NCBI GenBank assembly: GCA_015232935.1
Contig: JADFYT010000001.1
Span: forward strand, 1-62,816
Origin: Desulfamplus sp.
GTDB taxonomy: Bacteria; Desulfobacterota; Desulfobacteria; Desulfobacterales; Desulfobacteraceae
Length of the DNA: 62,816 bases
Direction of reading: 5' to 3'
This document shows positions 42,152 to 51,328 of this stretch, in pieces. Below the pieces are notes generated by a model, which did not search any database, was not told the DNA's origin, and saw nothing but the letters and a program-made list of their open reading frames with translations. Both the position numbers and the translations under genes were made by a program. Numbering within the stretch: position 1 is the stretch's first letter; each line of letters begins with the position of its first letter.

Positions 42152-43474
42152 TCAATTCTTTACATGAATCTTTACGGGAAGAGGTCCTTTTACGGCGTTT
42201 TTAGCAATAAGATAGTAACCCACACCACCAAGAAGGCCATAAATTACGATAAAGGCTATAAGTGAAATCATGACCTGGTATCCTGCAATCGGAGATACAG
42301 CCTCGGATGTTTTCATCAAGCCATAAACAATCCACGGCTGACGTCCTACCTCTGCAACTACCCAGCCCATTTCTATTGCTATATAGGGAAGAGGGATGGA
42401 AAAAAGCATTATTTTAAGAAATAACGGGGATTCCATCAATTTTTCTCTTCTGAACCATCCATAAACCATAAGTATTATAAACAGCGTTCCAAGCCCCACC
42501 ATAATTCTGAATGCGGCAAATGTAATGAGCACCGGAGGACGTTCATCTGCCGGAAAATCATTAATTCCCCTTACTGTTGCGTTAAAATCATGAAATCCAA
42601 GAAAACTTAGCAAGCCCGGAATAGAGCCGATCTCGATAAGGTTTTTTCCAGAGTCTTCGTCAGGAATGGCAAACATAATGATTGGTGCACTGGATTTTGT
42701 CTCCCAGTGTGCCTCCATGGCGGCAAGTTTGGCAGGCTGGACTTCCGCAACATGGGTACCATGAAGATCTCCGGTGAATCCTGTAAGCAAAGAAGCTACC
42801 AGCCCGAATACCAGGGCTATTTTGAATGATCTGTGGAAAAAATCAATATGCTGTTTTTTAAGAAGATGCCAGGCACTTATACCCATGACAAAAAAAGCGG
42901 CCAGAAGACATGCAGATGGTAAAACGTGAGCGATCTCAAGCAGGCCGAACTTATTGAATAAAACTTCAAAGAAGTTGCTCATTTCAGCTCGTCCGTTACG
43001 GATGGTATAACCCACAGGATGCTGCATGAAGCCGTTGGCAGTAAGAATCCAGACAGCGGAAAAATTACCTGCAATGGCAACAAGCCACATAACCCCTGCA
43101 TGAGCTTTGGCAGAGAGTTTTTTCCAGCCAAATATCCAGATGCCAATAAAGGTCGATTCCAGAAAAAAAGCCACAGAGGCCTCAATGGCAAGAAGGGAGC
43201 CAAACACATCTCCCACATATTCTGAATAGCGTGACCAGTTGGTTCCAAACTGGAACTCAAGAGTAATACCTGTCACCACACCGACAGCAAAATTAATCAG
43301 AAACAGTTTTCCCCAGAACTTTGTCATTTGAAGATAAACCTTGTCTCCGGTTCTGGCATACTGGGTCTCCATCCAGGCAATGATTATGGAAAGCCCAAGG
43401 GTTAATGGTACAAAAAGAAAATGAAACATGGTTGCAACGGCAAATTGCAGCCGGGAAAGAAAAACAGGATCCAT
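42152..43474 (-). CDS. cydA: Cytochrome bd oxidase subunit I
   Basis: HFLFVPLT, EFQFGTNW, QPAKLAAME, EVGRQPW. Confidence 0.97.
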   Translation of the reverse strand: MDPVFLSRLQFAVATMFHFLFVPLTLGLSIIIAWMETQYARTGDKVYLQMTKFWGKLFLINFAVGVVTGITLEFQFGTNWSRYSEYVGDVFGSLLAIEASVAFFLESTFIGIWIFGWKKLSAKAHAGVMWLVAIAGNFSAVWILTANGFMQHPVGYTIRNGRAEMSNFFEVLFNKFGLLEIAHVLPSACLLAAFFVMGISAWHLLKKQHIDFFHRSFKIALVFGLVASLLTGFTGDLHGTHVAEVQPAKLAAMEAHWETKSSAPIIMFAIPDEDSGKNLIEIGSIPGLLSFLGFHDFNATVRGINDFPADERPPVLITFAAFRIMVGLGTLFIILMVYGWFRREKLMESPLFLKIMLFSIPLPYIAIEMGWVVAEVGRQPWIVYGLMKTSEAVSPIAGYQVMISLIAFIVIYGLLGGVGYYLIAKNAVKGPLPVKIHVKN

Positions 43475-43630
43475 GATATCCTCCGAAAATCATTAAAATT
43501 TTAAAAACAGTTCTGAACAAAATAAAGTGATATTCAAAACCGACTCCCGATGAGTCAGCAGATAATGCTTGTCAGTGAACTTTGAATAGTTTTCAGCAAA
43601 TCAGAGATTTAAAAATATTTCAAGAAATAA

Positions 43631-43646
43631 AGCAATAGACATGCCA
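43631..43646 (-). promoter_or_regulatory. Sigma54 -24/-12 promoter of cydAB
   Basis: Minus strand TGGCATGTCTATTGCT, GG-N10-GC, about 160 bp upstream of cydA. Confidence 0.7.
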
Positions 43647-43866
43647 TTTTTTCCCATAAAACAAACAGGTCTTTATAACTTCATGCTATCGTACTACAGT
43701 AACCTGTCTGATGCTGTCTCACTGAATCATAGTTGTACCGCCAACAGATGCGACACTTGGGTTTCAATTAAAATCAGGATGTGCTTTTCCAAATACAAAT
43801 AAATGGGACAAAATATTTTATGAGGATAATTTTCAAGATGGTATGGATGGTGCATTATCATCTTGA

Positions 43867-43943
43867 TAACGGCCATGCCCTGATGGGCACAATGAAAAAT
43901 GAAAGTCTTATAATTACAACTGTCTCAGGAGACTTTCACATAA
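43867..43943 (+). mobile_element. 77-bp miniature IS110-like element, type II
   Basis: Near-identical to 14288-14364; TAA at both ends. Confidence 0.75.
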
Positions 43944-44117
43944 AAATCAATAAAATTTAAAACCTGACAGAGTCAGCAACAACAAAGATACTTTTTTATT
44001 TTTCATGAATTTAAATCCCAAAAAAAATACAAAAAAGCTGATTATGTTCCCACTTAAGGAATTTCAGTCAGACATTAATTGCAGCAAAGATGATTATGTT
44101 CTGGAGACCCTTTTGCC

Positions 44118-44324
44118 ATGCTAAAAAAAAAATATAACATAAATATACAAAGAACATTGGAACTTGCCGAAGCAATGATACTTCTTGCGAGGCAAGGTGA
44201 TGAGGCAAGAGAGGATTCAGGTTGTGGTGTTCTTTATGGAACTCTTCTTGATGCAGGATTTAAAATAAAACAACTCGCATCAAAAGAGAAGGAGGCACAT
44301 ATCAATAAAGGCGGATGGCAGTAA
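44118..44324 (+). CDS. Small hypothetical protein
   Basis: 68 aa helical ORF with EDSGCGVLYG, directly upstream of a ferredoxin. Confidence 0.7.
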   Translation: MLKKKYNINIQRTLELAEAMILLARQGDEAREDSGCGVLYGTLLDAGFKIKQLASKEKEAHINKGGWQ

Positions 44325-44347
44325 TAGTTTCAATATAGAGGTGAATT

Positions 44348-44638
44348 ATGAAAACACCTGTCATTGATATCAGTGAATGTGTTTTGTGTGATATCTGTGT
44401 AGAGTTGTGTCCGGACATTTTTATAAAAAATCAAGCTGGATATATTGAAGTTTCAGACAGTTTTCCAGAAATTATTGATAAATACTTGAACGAAGACACT
44501 TTTACTTCTTTGGATGCAGACGGCTGCGAGAAAGAGCTTCTGATCAAACGCCTGGAAGAAGATATAAATGATGTAATAAAAAGTTGTATAGGAGGCTGCA
44601 TATCATGGGGTGAAAAAACTCAAACAGACAATATATGA
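44348..44638 (+). CDS. Monocluster ferredoxin with internal insertion
   Basis: CVLCDICVELCP and C-terminal CIGGCISW. Confidence 0.8.
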   Translation: MKTPVIDISECVLCDICVELCPDIFIKNQAGYIEVSDSFPEIIDKYLNEDTFTSLDADGCEKELLIKRLEEDINDVIKSCIGGCISWGEKTQTDNI

Positions 44639-45047
44639 ACTGCTCACGATGAGTGATGAGCAAAAGGCTATCGAGGAACTCCTTGAATTTCCACCAGCCA
44701 AATCCATAAACCCCCTTTTTTCATTTATCCAGAACTCTAACGAAAATATAAAATGGAGAGCAGTCAGAGCTATGGGTAAAGTTGTCGCAAAGATGGCATC
44801 TAAAAATCTTGAATCTGCCCGAGTTGTCATGAGACGGCTAATGTGGAGTCTTAATGACGAATCAGGAGGTATAGGATGGGGGGCACCTGAAGCCATGGGA
44901 GAGATCATGGCTCAGGATGAGAGGCTTGCAAGTGAATACAAAAAAATTCTTTTGTCCTATGTTGATGAAAAGGGCAATTTTCTTGAGCATGAACCACTCA
45001 GAAAAGGAGCTGTATGGGCTATTGAGCGTCTCTCTACTACTCCATAA
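44610..45047 (+). CDS. DVU0298-like HEAT-repeat protein
   Basis: RRLMWSLNDESGGIGWGAPEAMGEI. Confidence 0.78.
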   Translation: MKKLKQTIYELLTMSDEQKAIEELLEFPPAKSINPLFSFIQNSNENIKWRAVRAMGKVVAKMASKNLESARVVMRRLMWSLNDESGGIGWGAPEAMGEIMAQDERLASEYKKILLSYVDEKGNFLEHEPLRKGAVWAIERLSTTP

Positions 45048-45159
45048 AACATAGAGCATTTCCGGAAGCTTTAGAGCATTCCCGGAAGCTTAAAAGTTTG
45101 TAACGAACCCTTTCAGGAATGAGTCTGACAATAAAATACCCGTTTTAAAATCCAAATAC

Positions 45160-45217
45160 GCCGTCCTTCAAGGTCGGTGTATTCTTACATGAGCAAGTTA
45201 TTTAAAACCGGTTCCTT
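45160..45217 (-). repeat. About 58-bp dispersed repeat (copy of 14872-14929)
   Basis: Reverse complement aligns with 14872-14929. Confidence 0.8.
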
Positions 45218-45238
45218 AAAAGTGTGTAAGAAGGTCTT

Positions 45239-45508
45239 TTAAGATATATAATTCATTGAGATATTTCTTATTGCCAGCAACGCATCAAGTTTGAGTTGCA
45301 GCTTCATGATTTCAGATTCCAGCTCTTCAACCACCACTTCCAGAATAACACCATCCAGAACCTTTTCAATAATATTTTCCCCGACCCAGCCACCTACATT
45401 CTGACAATAAAGATTCCCTTCATTTATCCATATAATATCGTCTTTGGATAAAGAAAGATCCTTGTTCCCTCTTACAACCCTGTACTTGATACTCTCTATA
45501 AGTTTCAT
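45239..45508 (-). CDS. Hypothetical protein
   Basis: 89 aa ORF with GGAGG RBS, downstream of proC. Confidence 0.6.
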   Translation of the reverse strand: MKLIESIKYRVVRGNKDLSLSKDDIIWINEGNLYCQNVGGWVGENIIEKVLDGVILEVVVEELESEIMKLQLKLDALLAIRNISMNYIS

Positions 45509-45603
45509 AAATCCCCTCCCCTGTTTTATAGTTCGCGTTCAGGAATTGCATTGTTCCAAAATTTTAATTCAACAAGAATTTCAGCCAGGCTGCGTATGTT
45601 TTA

Positions 45604-46461
45604 TCAATATTTTTTCCCGTTATTTTTTTCAAAATTCTGAATCATAATCTTTCCAAGCTCCATAGAGCGGTTTGTAGCAGACTCAACAGCATTAATAATG
45701 GTTGTTCTGAGTCCGCCAGCCTCCAGCGTATGGATTCCCGCGATGGCAGTGCCTCCTGGTGAGGTAACCCTGTCTTTAAGCTGTCCTGGATGCTCTCTTG
45801 ATTCAAGCAACATCTTGGCAGCTCCAAGGACTGTCTGGCTCGATAGCAAAAGTGAATCTTTTCTTGAAAGACCCATCTTTACCCCGGCATCTGCCATTGC
45901 ATCGACAATCATAAAAATATAGGCGGGACCGCTTCCGCTCAATCCTGTAAACGCATCCATCAAGATATTTTCCTCTATAAAGACACTTATACCTACAGAA
46001 TCAAAAACAGCCTTTGCAAGCTCGATATCACCTTCCTGCACATATTGGCCCGCGGCAATGGCAGTTGCACTTGCCTTGACAAAAGCACAGATATTTGGCA
46101 TCACACGAATAAGTCTGAGCTCCTTGTTAAGACCTGCCTCAATGGCAGCAAGGGGTACTCCGGCCGCAATGGAAATAACAAGTTTTGAACGATCCAGTGA
46201 CCCGGCTGTCTGCTTCAGTACCTTACCAAGAATCTGGGGTTTTGTTGAATATACAACAATCTCTGATCGTTCAACCACTTCAATATTGCTGGTTGTTGTC
46301 AGTACCCCATATTTTTCATGTATATCCTTTAAAGGCTCTTTACGGACATCTGAACAGATGATATTTTCAGGCTTGGTTGCCTTTGACATGACAAGACCAC
46401 TTATAAGTGCTTCTCCCATGTTTCCACTTCCAATAAAACCGATTTTTTTTTCCTGCAGCAT
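45604..46461 (-). CDS. proC: Pyrroline-5-carboxylate reductase
   Basis: GFIGSGNMG, RVMPN, SGSGPAY, VTSPGGT. Confidence 0.96.
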   Translation of the reverse strand: MLQEKKIGFIGSGNMGEALISGLVMSKATKPENIICSDVRKEPLKDIHEKYGVLTTTSNIEVVERSEIVVYSTKPQILGKVLKQTAGSLDRSKLVISIAAGVPLAAIEAGLNKELRLIRVMPNICAFVKASATAIAAGQYVQEGDIELAKAVFDSVGISVFIEENILMDAFTGLSGSGPAYIFMIVDAMADAGVKMGLSRKDSLLLSSQTVLGAAKMLLESREHPGQLKDRVTSPGGTAIAGIHTLEAGGLRTTIINAVESATNRSMELGKIMIQNFEKNNGKKY

Positions 46462-46573
46462 GATTTATGCAATCCTTAAAAAGTCAGAATGAAATTAATA
46501 ACAACGTTGCGACAAAACAAAGAGAATCGTCTCAAAAGAGAATAGCCTCACTGTTCTTTGTGCAACCAAACAA

Positions 46574-46662
46574 GAGTGCATCCTTTTTGCATCCTGCTCA
46601 TGGCATCAGGGGTATATGGACCCTACGCCCCTGATACAATTAAACATAAAAAGGCTGTACGC
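46574..46662. repeat. 89-bp REP-containing MITE-like element, copy A
   Basis: GAGTGCATCCTTTTT...central GGGGTA..TACGCCCCT hairpin...AAAAAGGCTGTACGC. Confidence 0.75.
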
Positions 46663-46724
46663 TAAAGATATGATGAAGCATATTAGGGATTGAAATTCTT
46701 TCAAGTCAAGATAAATTATAAATT

Positions 46725-46813
46725 GAGTGCAGTCTTTTTGCATTTTATTCGTAATATCATGGAGTGTAGCACGCTACGCCCCTACTGGAATTCAACATAA
46801 AAAGGCTATACTC
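46725..46813. repeat. 89-bp REP-containing MITE-like element, copy B
   Basis: GAGTGCAGTCTTTTT...GTAGCACGCTACGCCCCTAC...AAAAAGGCTATACTC. Confidence 0.78.
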
Positions 46814-46862
46814 TTATAAACTGAACAACCACAAAGGATCGACATGACAATAAAGGATCAAC

Positions 46863-47717
46863 ATGACAACAAAAGGCAGGAGTGATCTTCTCCGAGAGCA
46901 ATTGGATATTATCTATGGCACTTACAATAAAAGGGAGTATATACATCCTGATCCACTTGAATTTCTTGACAATTATCCTGACCCCGGCGAAAGGGAGATA
47001 GCGGCTGTTATTGCAGCATCATTAGCTTACGGGAGAGTAGATCAAATTCTCAAGCATGTTGGACGGGTATTTGAAATAATGAACAACTCTGTACACGCCT
47101 TTCCTCTTGAGAGCTATCCTCTCAATGCCTATTTGACGCAAAATAAAAATGAGGATATTGCTTATGATTTCAAAGATTTCAAATATCGTTTTACCAAAGG
47201 TGAACACTTTATTTGCCTTCTTTTTGGAATAAAAGATATACTTATTCATTTTGGTTCATTGAAAAATTTTTTTTTAAATGCGGTCTCAAAAGAAGACGAG
47301 ACAATTCTTCCTGCAATGGCTCGTTTCACTCAAAAAATAACATCAGGAAAAAATACAGGCAACCTTATAGCAGACCCTGAAAAAGGAAGTGCCTGCAAAC
47401 GTAACAATCTGTTTTTAAGATGGATGGTAAGAAAAGATGATGTGGATCCTGGAGGATGGGGGGAAATTTCACCCTCCATGCTTATTGTTCCCCTGGATAC
47501 ACACATGCATCATGTCGGAAGAATTCTTGGCTTTACAAGACGGAAACAGGCAGACATGAAAACAGCTCTTGAAGTTACAAAAGGCTTCAAAGAGATATGT
47601 CCCGAAGATCCTGTAAAGTATGATTTTTGTCTTACAAGATTTGGAATACGGCCTGACATGGACTTCCATAATCTGAAAACCATAATTGATGACCTCGTAA
47701 AAACTCAGGTTGCCTAA
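46863..47717 (+). CDS. TIGR02757/DUF2400 family protein
   Basis: PDPL, LAYGR, SACKR.N.FLRWMVR, PLDTH, DPVKYDF. Confidence 0.88.
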   Translation: MTTKGRSDLLREQLDIIYGTYNKREYIHPDPLEFLDNYPDPGEREIAAVIAASLAYGRVDQILKHVGRVFEIMNNSVHAFPLESYPLNAYLTQNKNEDIAYDFKDFKYRFTKGEHFICLLFGIKDILIHFGSLKNFFLNAVSKEDETILPAMARFTQKITSGKNTGNLIADPEKGSACKRNNLFLRWMVRKDDVDPGGWGEISPSMLIVPLDTHMHHVGRILGFTRRKQADMKTALEVTKGFKEICPEDPVKYDFCLTRFGIRPDMDFHNLKTIIDDLVKTQVA

Positions 47718-47790
47718 ACCTGCGTCCAATAAAACCAGAGGGTTACTACACACAAAAAAACGCCTGCTTCGGACTTTTTACGGGAACATG
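47688..47790. mobile_element. 103-bp MITE with IS1182-like terminal repeats and 6-bp target duplication
   Basis: GATGACCTCGTAAAAACTC...GACTTTTTACGGGAACATG flanked by ATAATT on both sides. Confidence 0.75.
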
Positions 47791-47812
47791 ATAATTCACA
47801 GAAAGGAGAGCC

Positions 47813-48031
47813 ATGAAACACGATGTCACCATTTTCAAACCATACCCATTTAAGTTGGGTCAAAAAATAAGGATAGATGGATCAGGAAGAAACGGAGACT
47901 GGGAGGTTATTGATATAGGTGAAAATAAAATAACCATAAAATGCCCCATATCCCATAAAGAGCTAAAATGTGATAAATTCTGCTGTTTTGTTGAAGAAAA
48001 AAACAATGAGGATTGGCCAAAACTTGCATGA
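47813..48031 (+). CDS. Small hypothetical protein
   Basis: AAGGAG RBS; PYPF..GQKIRI...GDWEV...CP. Confidence 0.7.
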   Translation: MKHDVTIFKPYPFKLGQKIRIDGSGRNGDWEVIDIGENKITIKCPISHKELKCDKFCCFVEEKNNEDWPKLA

Positions 48032-48103
48032 CTAACGGAATCAGACCACCCTATGCATGAAATCCATGACATATTTTCACGGTAAACAGGAGGTAGATAC
48101 CTT

Positions 48104-48664
48104 ATGAAAGTAATTTTAGTAATGGCAATGACACTTGATGGCAAAATAGCCAGGCACTCTATGGAGCCTGTGAACTGGACGGGAAAAGCCGATAAAAGAA
48201 AATTTGTCAAGATCACAAAGGAAGCCGGTGCCGTTATCATGGGTTCAACCACATTTGACACTATCGGCAAGATACTTCCTGACCGCAAGAACATTGTAAT
48301 GACGAGAAACCCTATCCGCCTTGCCATAGATTCAAACCATAGTGGAACTGTACAAAATCTGAACCGCAACAGCAGAACCACAGGGAATGGAATTCTTGAA
48401 TTTACAGATAAAAGTCCAGAGGAAATTCTCAAATCTCTTGAAAAGGAGGGGTTTGAATCTGCTGCGTTAATAGGGGGATCAATAATAAACGGCCTGTTTG
48501 CGAAAGAAAATCTTATTGACGAGGTTTATATAACCCTTGTGCCCAAGCTCTTTGGTCAGGGACTTTCCTTGTTTGCCGCAGATTTTGACATCAACCTTGA
48601 GCTTTCTGAAATGGAGAAAATTGATGAAAATTCCATTTTACTGAAATACAATGTTATAAAGTAA
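48104..48664 (+). CDS. Dihydrofolate reductase family protein
   Basis: AMTLDGKIA, IMGSTTF, LPDRKNIV, IGGS. Confidence 0.85.
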   Translation: MKVILVMAMTLDGKIARHSMEPVNWTGKADKRKFVKITKEAGAVIMGSTTFDTIGKILPDRKNIVMTRNPIRLAIDSNHSGTVQNLNRNSRTTGNGILEFTDKSPEEILKSLEKEGFESAALIGGSIINGLFAKENLIDEVYITLVPKLFGQGLSLFAADFDINLELSEMEKIDENSILLKYNVIK

Positions 48665-48678
48665 AATACCAATCATAA

Positions 48679-48767
48679 CAGATTTCCTGCGAAACCTGAT
48701 TTTGCCGCCTGATTGCAATGGATGAACAACAAGTTTTGGATGAGCAACGAGTTTTGCAGCAAGTCTG
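48679..48767. repeat. Possible MITE with imperfect terminal inverted repeats
   Basis: CAGATTTCCTGCGAAA...TTTTGCAGCAAGTCTG; a similar left end occurs near 24798. Confidence 0.45.
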
Positions 48768-48801
48768 ATGATCCAATATATTTTTTGGGGAAAAACTCTG
48801 C

Positions 48802-51102
48802 ATGAAAAGACTGAAACCCGTCATCGTCCCCTTGATCCTGCCAGTTTTTATTTTTATCTTCTGGGTTAATATTCCTTTTTTTGAATTGGCTGATTTTGCA
48901 TGGAGAGATCTGCTTTACACACTGAGATCATCACACAATAATGTTGATGATGTCATTATCGTGGCCATTGACGAACCATCTTTCAGGCAAATCAGGTTAA
49001 GATGGCCATGGCCCAGAAGCCTGCACGCAAAAATCGTGGACAAATTGAGCAATGCGGGTGCATCTGCAATTGCCTTTGATATAATTTTCCCTGAAAAATC
49101 CAATGATCCGTCAGAAGATATCCTCTTTTCAGAAGCTGTAATGAAAGCAGGAAATGTTGTACTTGCCTCGAATCTTACCATAACCGGTCGTCATGGCTAT
49201 GAGACCTATTTTATAGAAGAGCCTGTTCCCGTTCTTGCATCTGCAGCGGCAGCTATAGGGATGGTCAATTTTTATCCTGATGGTGACGGCAGTGTTCGTA
49301 TGGCCTCAAACCGTGTAGATATTCGCGACTCAATCTCATTTGCCGCTGTAAGCACGGCTATTAAAACCACGGGTGTTAAAAACAAAAAGAACACAAACGA
49401 CCTTTCCTCACTGAACAAGACAGGCACGTCAGGCCAGTTAGACACCACAGATCAATCAGACAACCAAAACCACCTGGATAAGACAGGCCACCTGGATGAC
49501 ACAGGCGATTTGGATGAAACAGGCAACCTGGACATCGCAAGCCAATCAGACAACACAGGTCATGCTGACTCTTTATATGATATTAACGAAGAGGAAAAAT
49601 TTTTCATAGATTATGCAGGCAAGGCAGGGACTGTTCCTGCTGTTTCATATTATCAGGTTATAGACGATATGGTTGACCCTGAAGTTTTTAAGGACAAGAT
49701 TGTTTTTGTCGGATTTATAGCGGATTCCGCGGTAGAAATTGAAAGTGGTGCAGATTCCTACCCCTACCCTTTTATGCGTTTTACAAAAAAGATGATATCT
49801 GGTGTGGAGATTCAGGCCAATGTGGTAAGAACTATCTTAAAAGGCTATCCCATACGAGAATTTTCAATACCGGAGATAAAATGGCTCTGTTTTTATCTGT
49901 TGGCCTGTATTCTGATTCCTGTCAGAAAAAACCCTGTTTACTTAATCATCTCAACAGCAACAATGCTACTTGTTTCTTCAGTCACATCTATCGCTCTTTT
50001 CAAATATAATGGAATTATGGTTGATGTGATGCCAGCAACAGCAGCGGTTACTATAAATGGATTGTTGATTGGAACCAAAGAGTTCTTCCAGAGCTACAGG
50101 GAAAAATCAGTGCTAAGAAAAGCATTTGACAGCTATGTATCCCCCAATGTTGTAGCACGGGTTATCGCAAACCATGAAAACCTGAAACTTGGCGGTGAGA
50201 GAAAACGGCTTTCTGTTCTTTTTTCCGACATAAGAGGATTTACCACACTTTCTGAAAAACTGCCTCCTGAAGAACTTGTCACTCTTTTGAACAACTATTT
50301 TACACGTATGACTGACACTGTTTTCAGGCACAATGGAACCCTTGACAAATATATAGGGGATGCAATCATGGTAATATTTGGTGCTCCGGTATGGAGTGAC
50401 AACCATGCTCAGGATGCCTGCTGCACTGCCCTTGAAATGAAAGTACGCCTTGAAGAGATGAATCAGGAAAATAACACTTTGAGCCAGAAAAAAGATTTTA
50501 TTGATAAAGATGACCATGCAAAACACTCAGTCAATAAAGATAAGAATGTGGTTGTTCAAAAGAGCAAATTAGATATTGGCATAGGCATAAATACAGGCGA
50601 AATGATTGTAGGCAATATGGGATCCTTGCTCAGGTTTGACTATACTGTCATGGGCGATGAGGTCAACCTTGCATCAAGACTGGAAGGGGTAACAAAATCA
50701 TATGGAGTCCAGATTATTATCAGCGAAACGACAAAAAATGACCTGGATGAGACAAGGTTTCTTTGCAGAGAACTTGATTTAATCAGGGTTAAAGGAAAAT
50801 TTGCCGCAATCAGGATATATGAGCTGGTATCCATGCTGTCTGCCGGGTCAGCAGAGGCAGAAACAGCGTCAGATGATGAAACGTGGATAAAGCTGTTTGC
50901 TGAGGGACTTGAAATATACAGAAACGGATACAGGGAAGAACTTTGGGATGATGCGATTTCTCTTTTCAGAAAAGTATTGGAATATAAAAAAGATGATGGC
51001 CCTTCAAAGCTGTTTATTGAACGATGTGAAATGTTCAAAAAGAGTCCGCCGGTTGAGAAGGGAGAAGAGTGGGACGGAGTCTGGGTGATGTCAACCAAAT
51101 AG
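48802..51102 (+). CDS. CHASE2-domain class III adenylate/guanylate cyclase
   Basis: IVAIDE...WPWPR, FSDIRGFT, DKYIGDAIM, YTVMGDEVNLASRLE. Confidence 0.93.
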   Translation: MKRLKPVIVPLILPVFIFIFWVNIPFFELADFAWRDLLYTLRSSHNNVDDVIIVAIDEPSFRQIRLRWPWPRSLHAKIVDKLSNAGASAIAFDIIFPEKSNDPSEDILFSEAVMKAGNVVLASNLTITGRHGYETYFIEEPVPVLASAAAAIGMVNFYPDGDGSVRMASNRVDIRDSISFAAVSTAIKTTGVKNKKNTNDLSSLNKTGTSGQLDTTDQSDNQNHLDKTGHLDDTGDLDETGNLDIASQSDNTGHADSLYDINEEEKFFIDYAGKAGTVPAVSYYQVIDDMVDPEVFKDKIVFVGFIADSAVEIESGADSYPYPFMRFTKKMISGVEIQANVVRTILKGYPIREFSIPEIKWLCFYLLACILIPVRKNPVYLIISTATMLLVSSVTSIALFKYNGIMVDVMPATAAVTINGLLIGTKEFFQSYREKSVLRKAFDSYVSPNVVARVIANHENLKLGGERKRLSVLFSDIRGFTTLSEKLPPEELVTLLNNYFTRMTDTVFRHNGTLDKYIGDAIMVIFGAPVWSDNHAQDACCTALEMKVRLEEMNQENNTLSQKKDFIDKDDHAKHSVNKDKNVVVQKSKLDIGIGINTGEMIVGNMGSLLRFDYTVMGDEVNLASRLEGVTKSYGVQIIISETTKNDLDETRFLCRELDLIRVKGKFAAIRIYELVSMLSAGSAEAETASDDETWIKLFAEGLEIYRNGYREELWDDAISLFRKVLEYKKDDGPSKLFIERCEMFKKSPPVEKGEEWDGVWVMSTK

Positions 51103-51133
51103 ATCAAATCTATTCCAGGCGATCAAATCAAAT

Positions 51134-51284
51134 ACGTGTAGCCTTTTTACCATTAAAAGGAGTCCTGATTTTCGTGGCTCGGGATAGTCACACAACGGCC
51201 ATGAAGGTTTAGGTTTAATTGCTGTAGGGGGTGTAGGTACGCCCGCCCTTAATACAGTCAATGAAATGCCAAAAGGCTACACTC
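51134..51284. repeat. 89-bp REP-MITE copy C interrupted by a miniature IS110-like element
   Basis: Perfect 12-bp TIR GTGTAGCCTTTT (51136-51147)/AAAAGGCTACAC (51271-51282); 151 bp = 89 + 62. Confidence 0.8.
51147..51211 (-). mobile_element. 65-bp miniature IS110-like element, type I
   Basis: Minus strand TAAACCTTCATGGCCGTTGTGTGACTATCCCGAGCCACGAAAA...TTTTAATGGTAA. Confidence 0.78.
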
Positions 51285-51328
51285 TTGTCAAATTTCATGT
51301 AAACCAAACCAGATAAGGAGAGTAATAT

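Noticed and set aside
44123-44132. A10 phase-variation tract
   Set aside because: Poly-A runs of 8-10 are common in this AT-rich window and the frame is intact.
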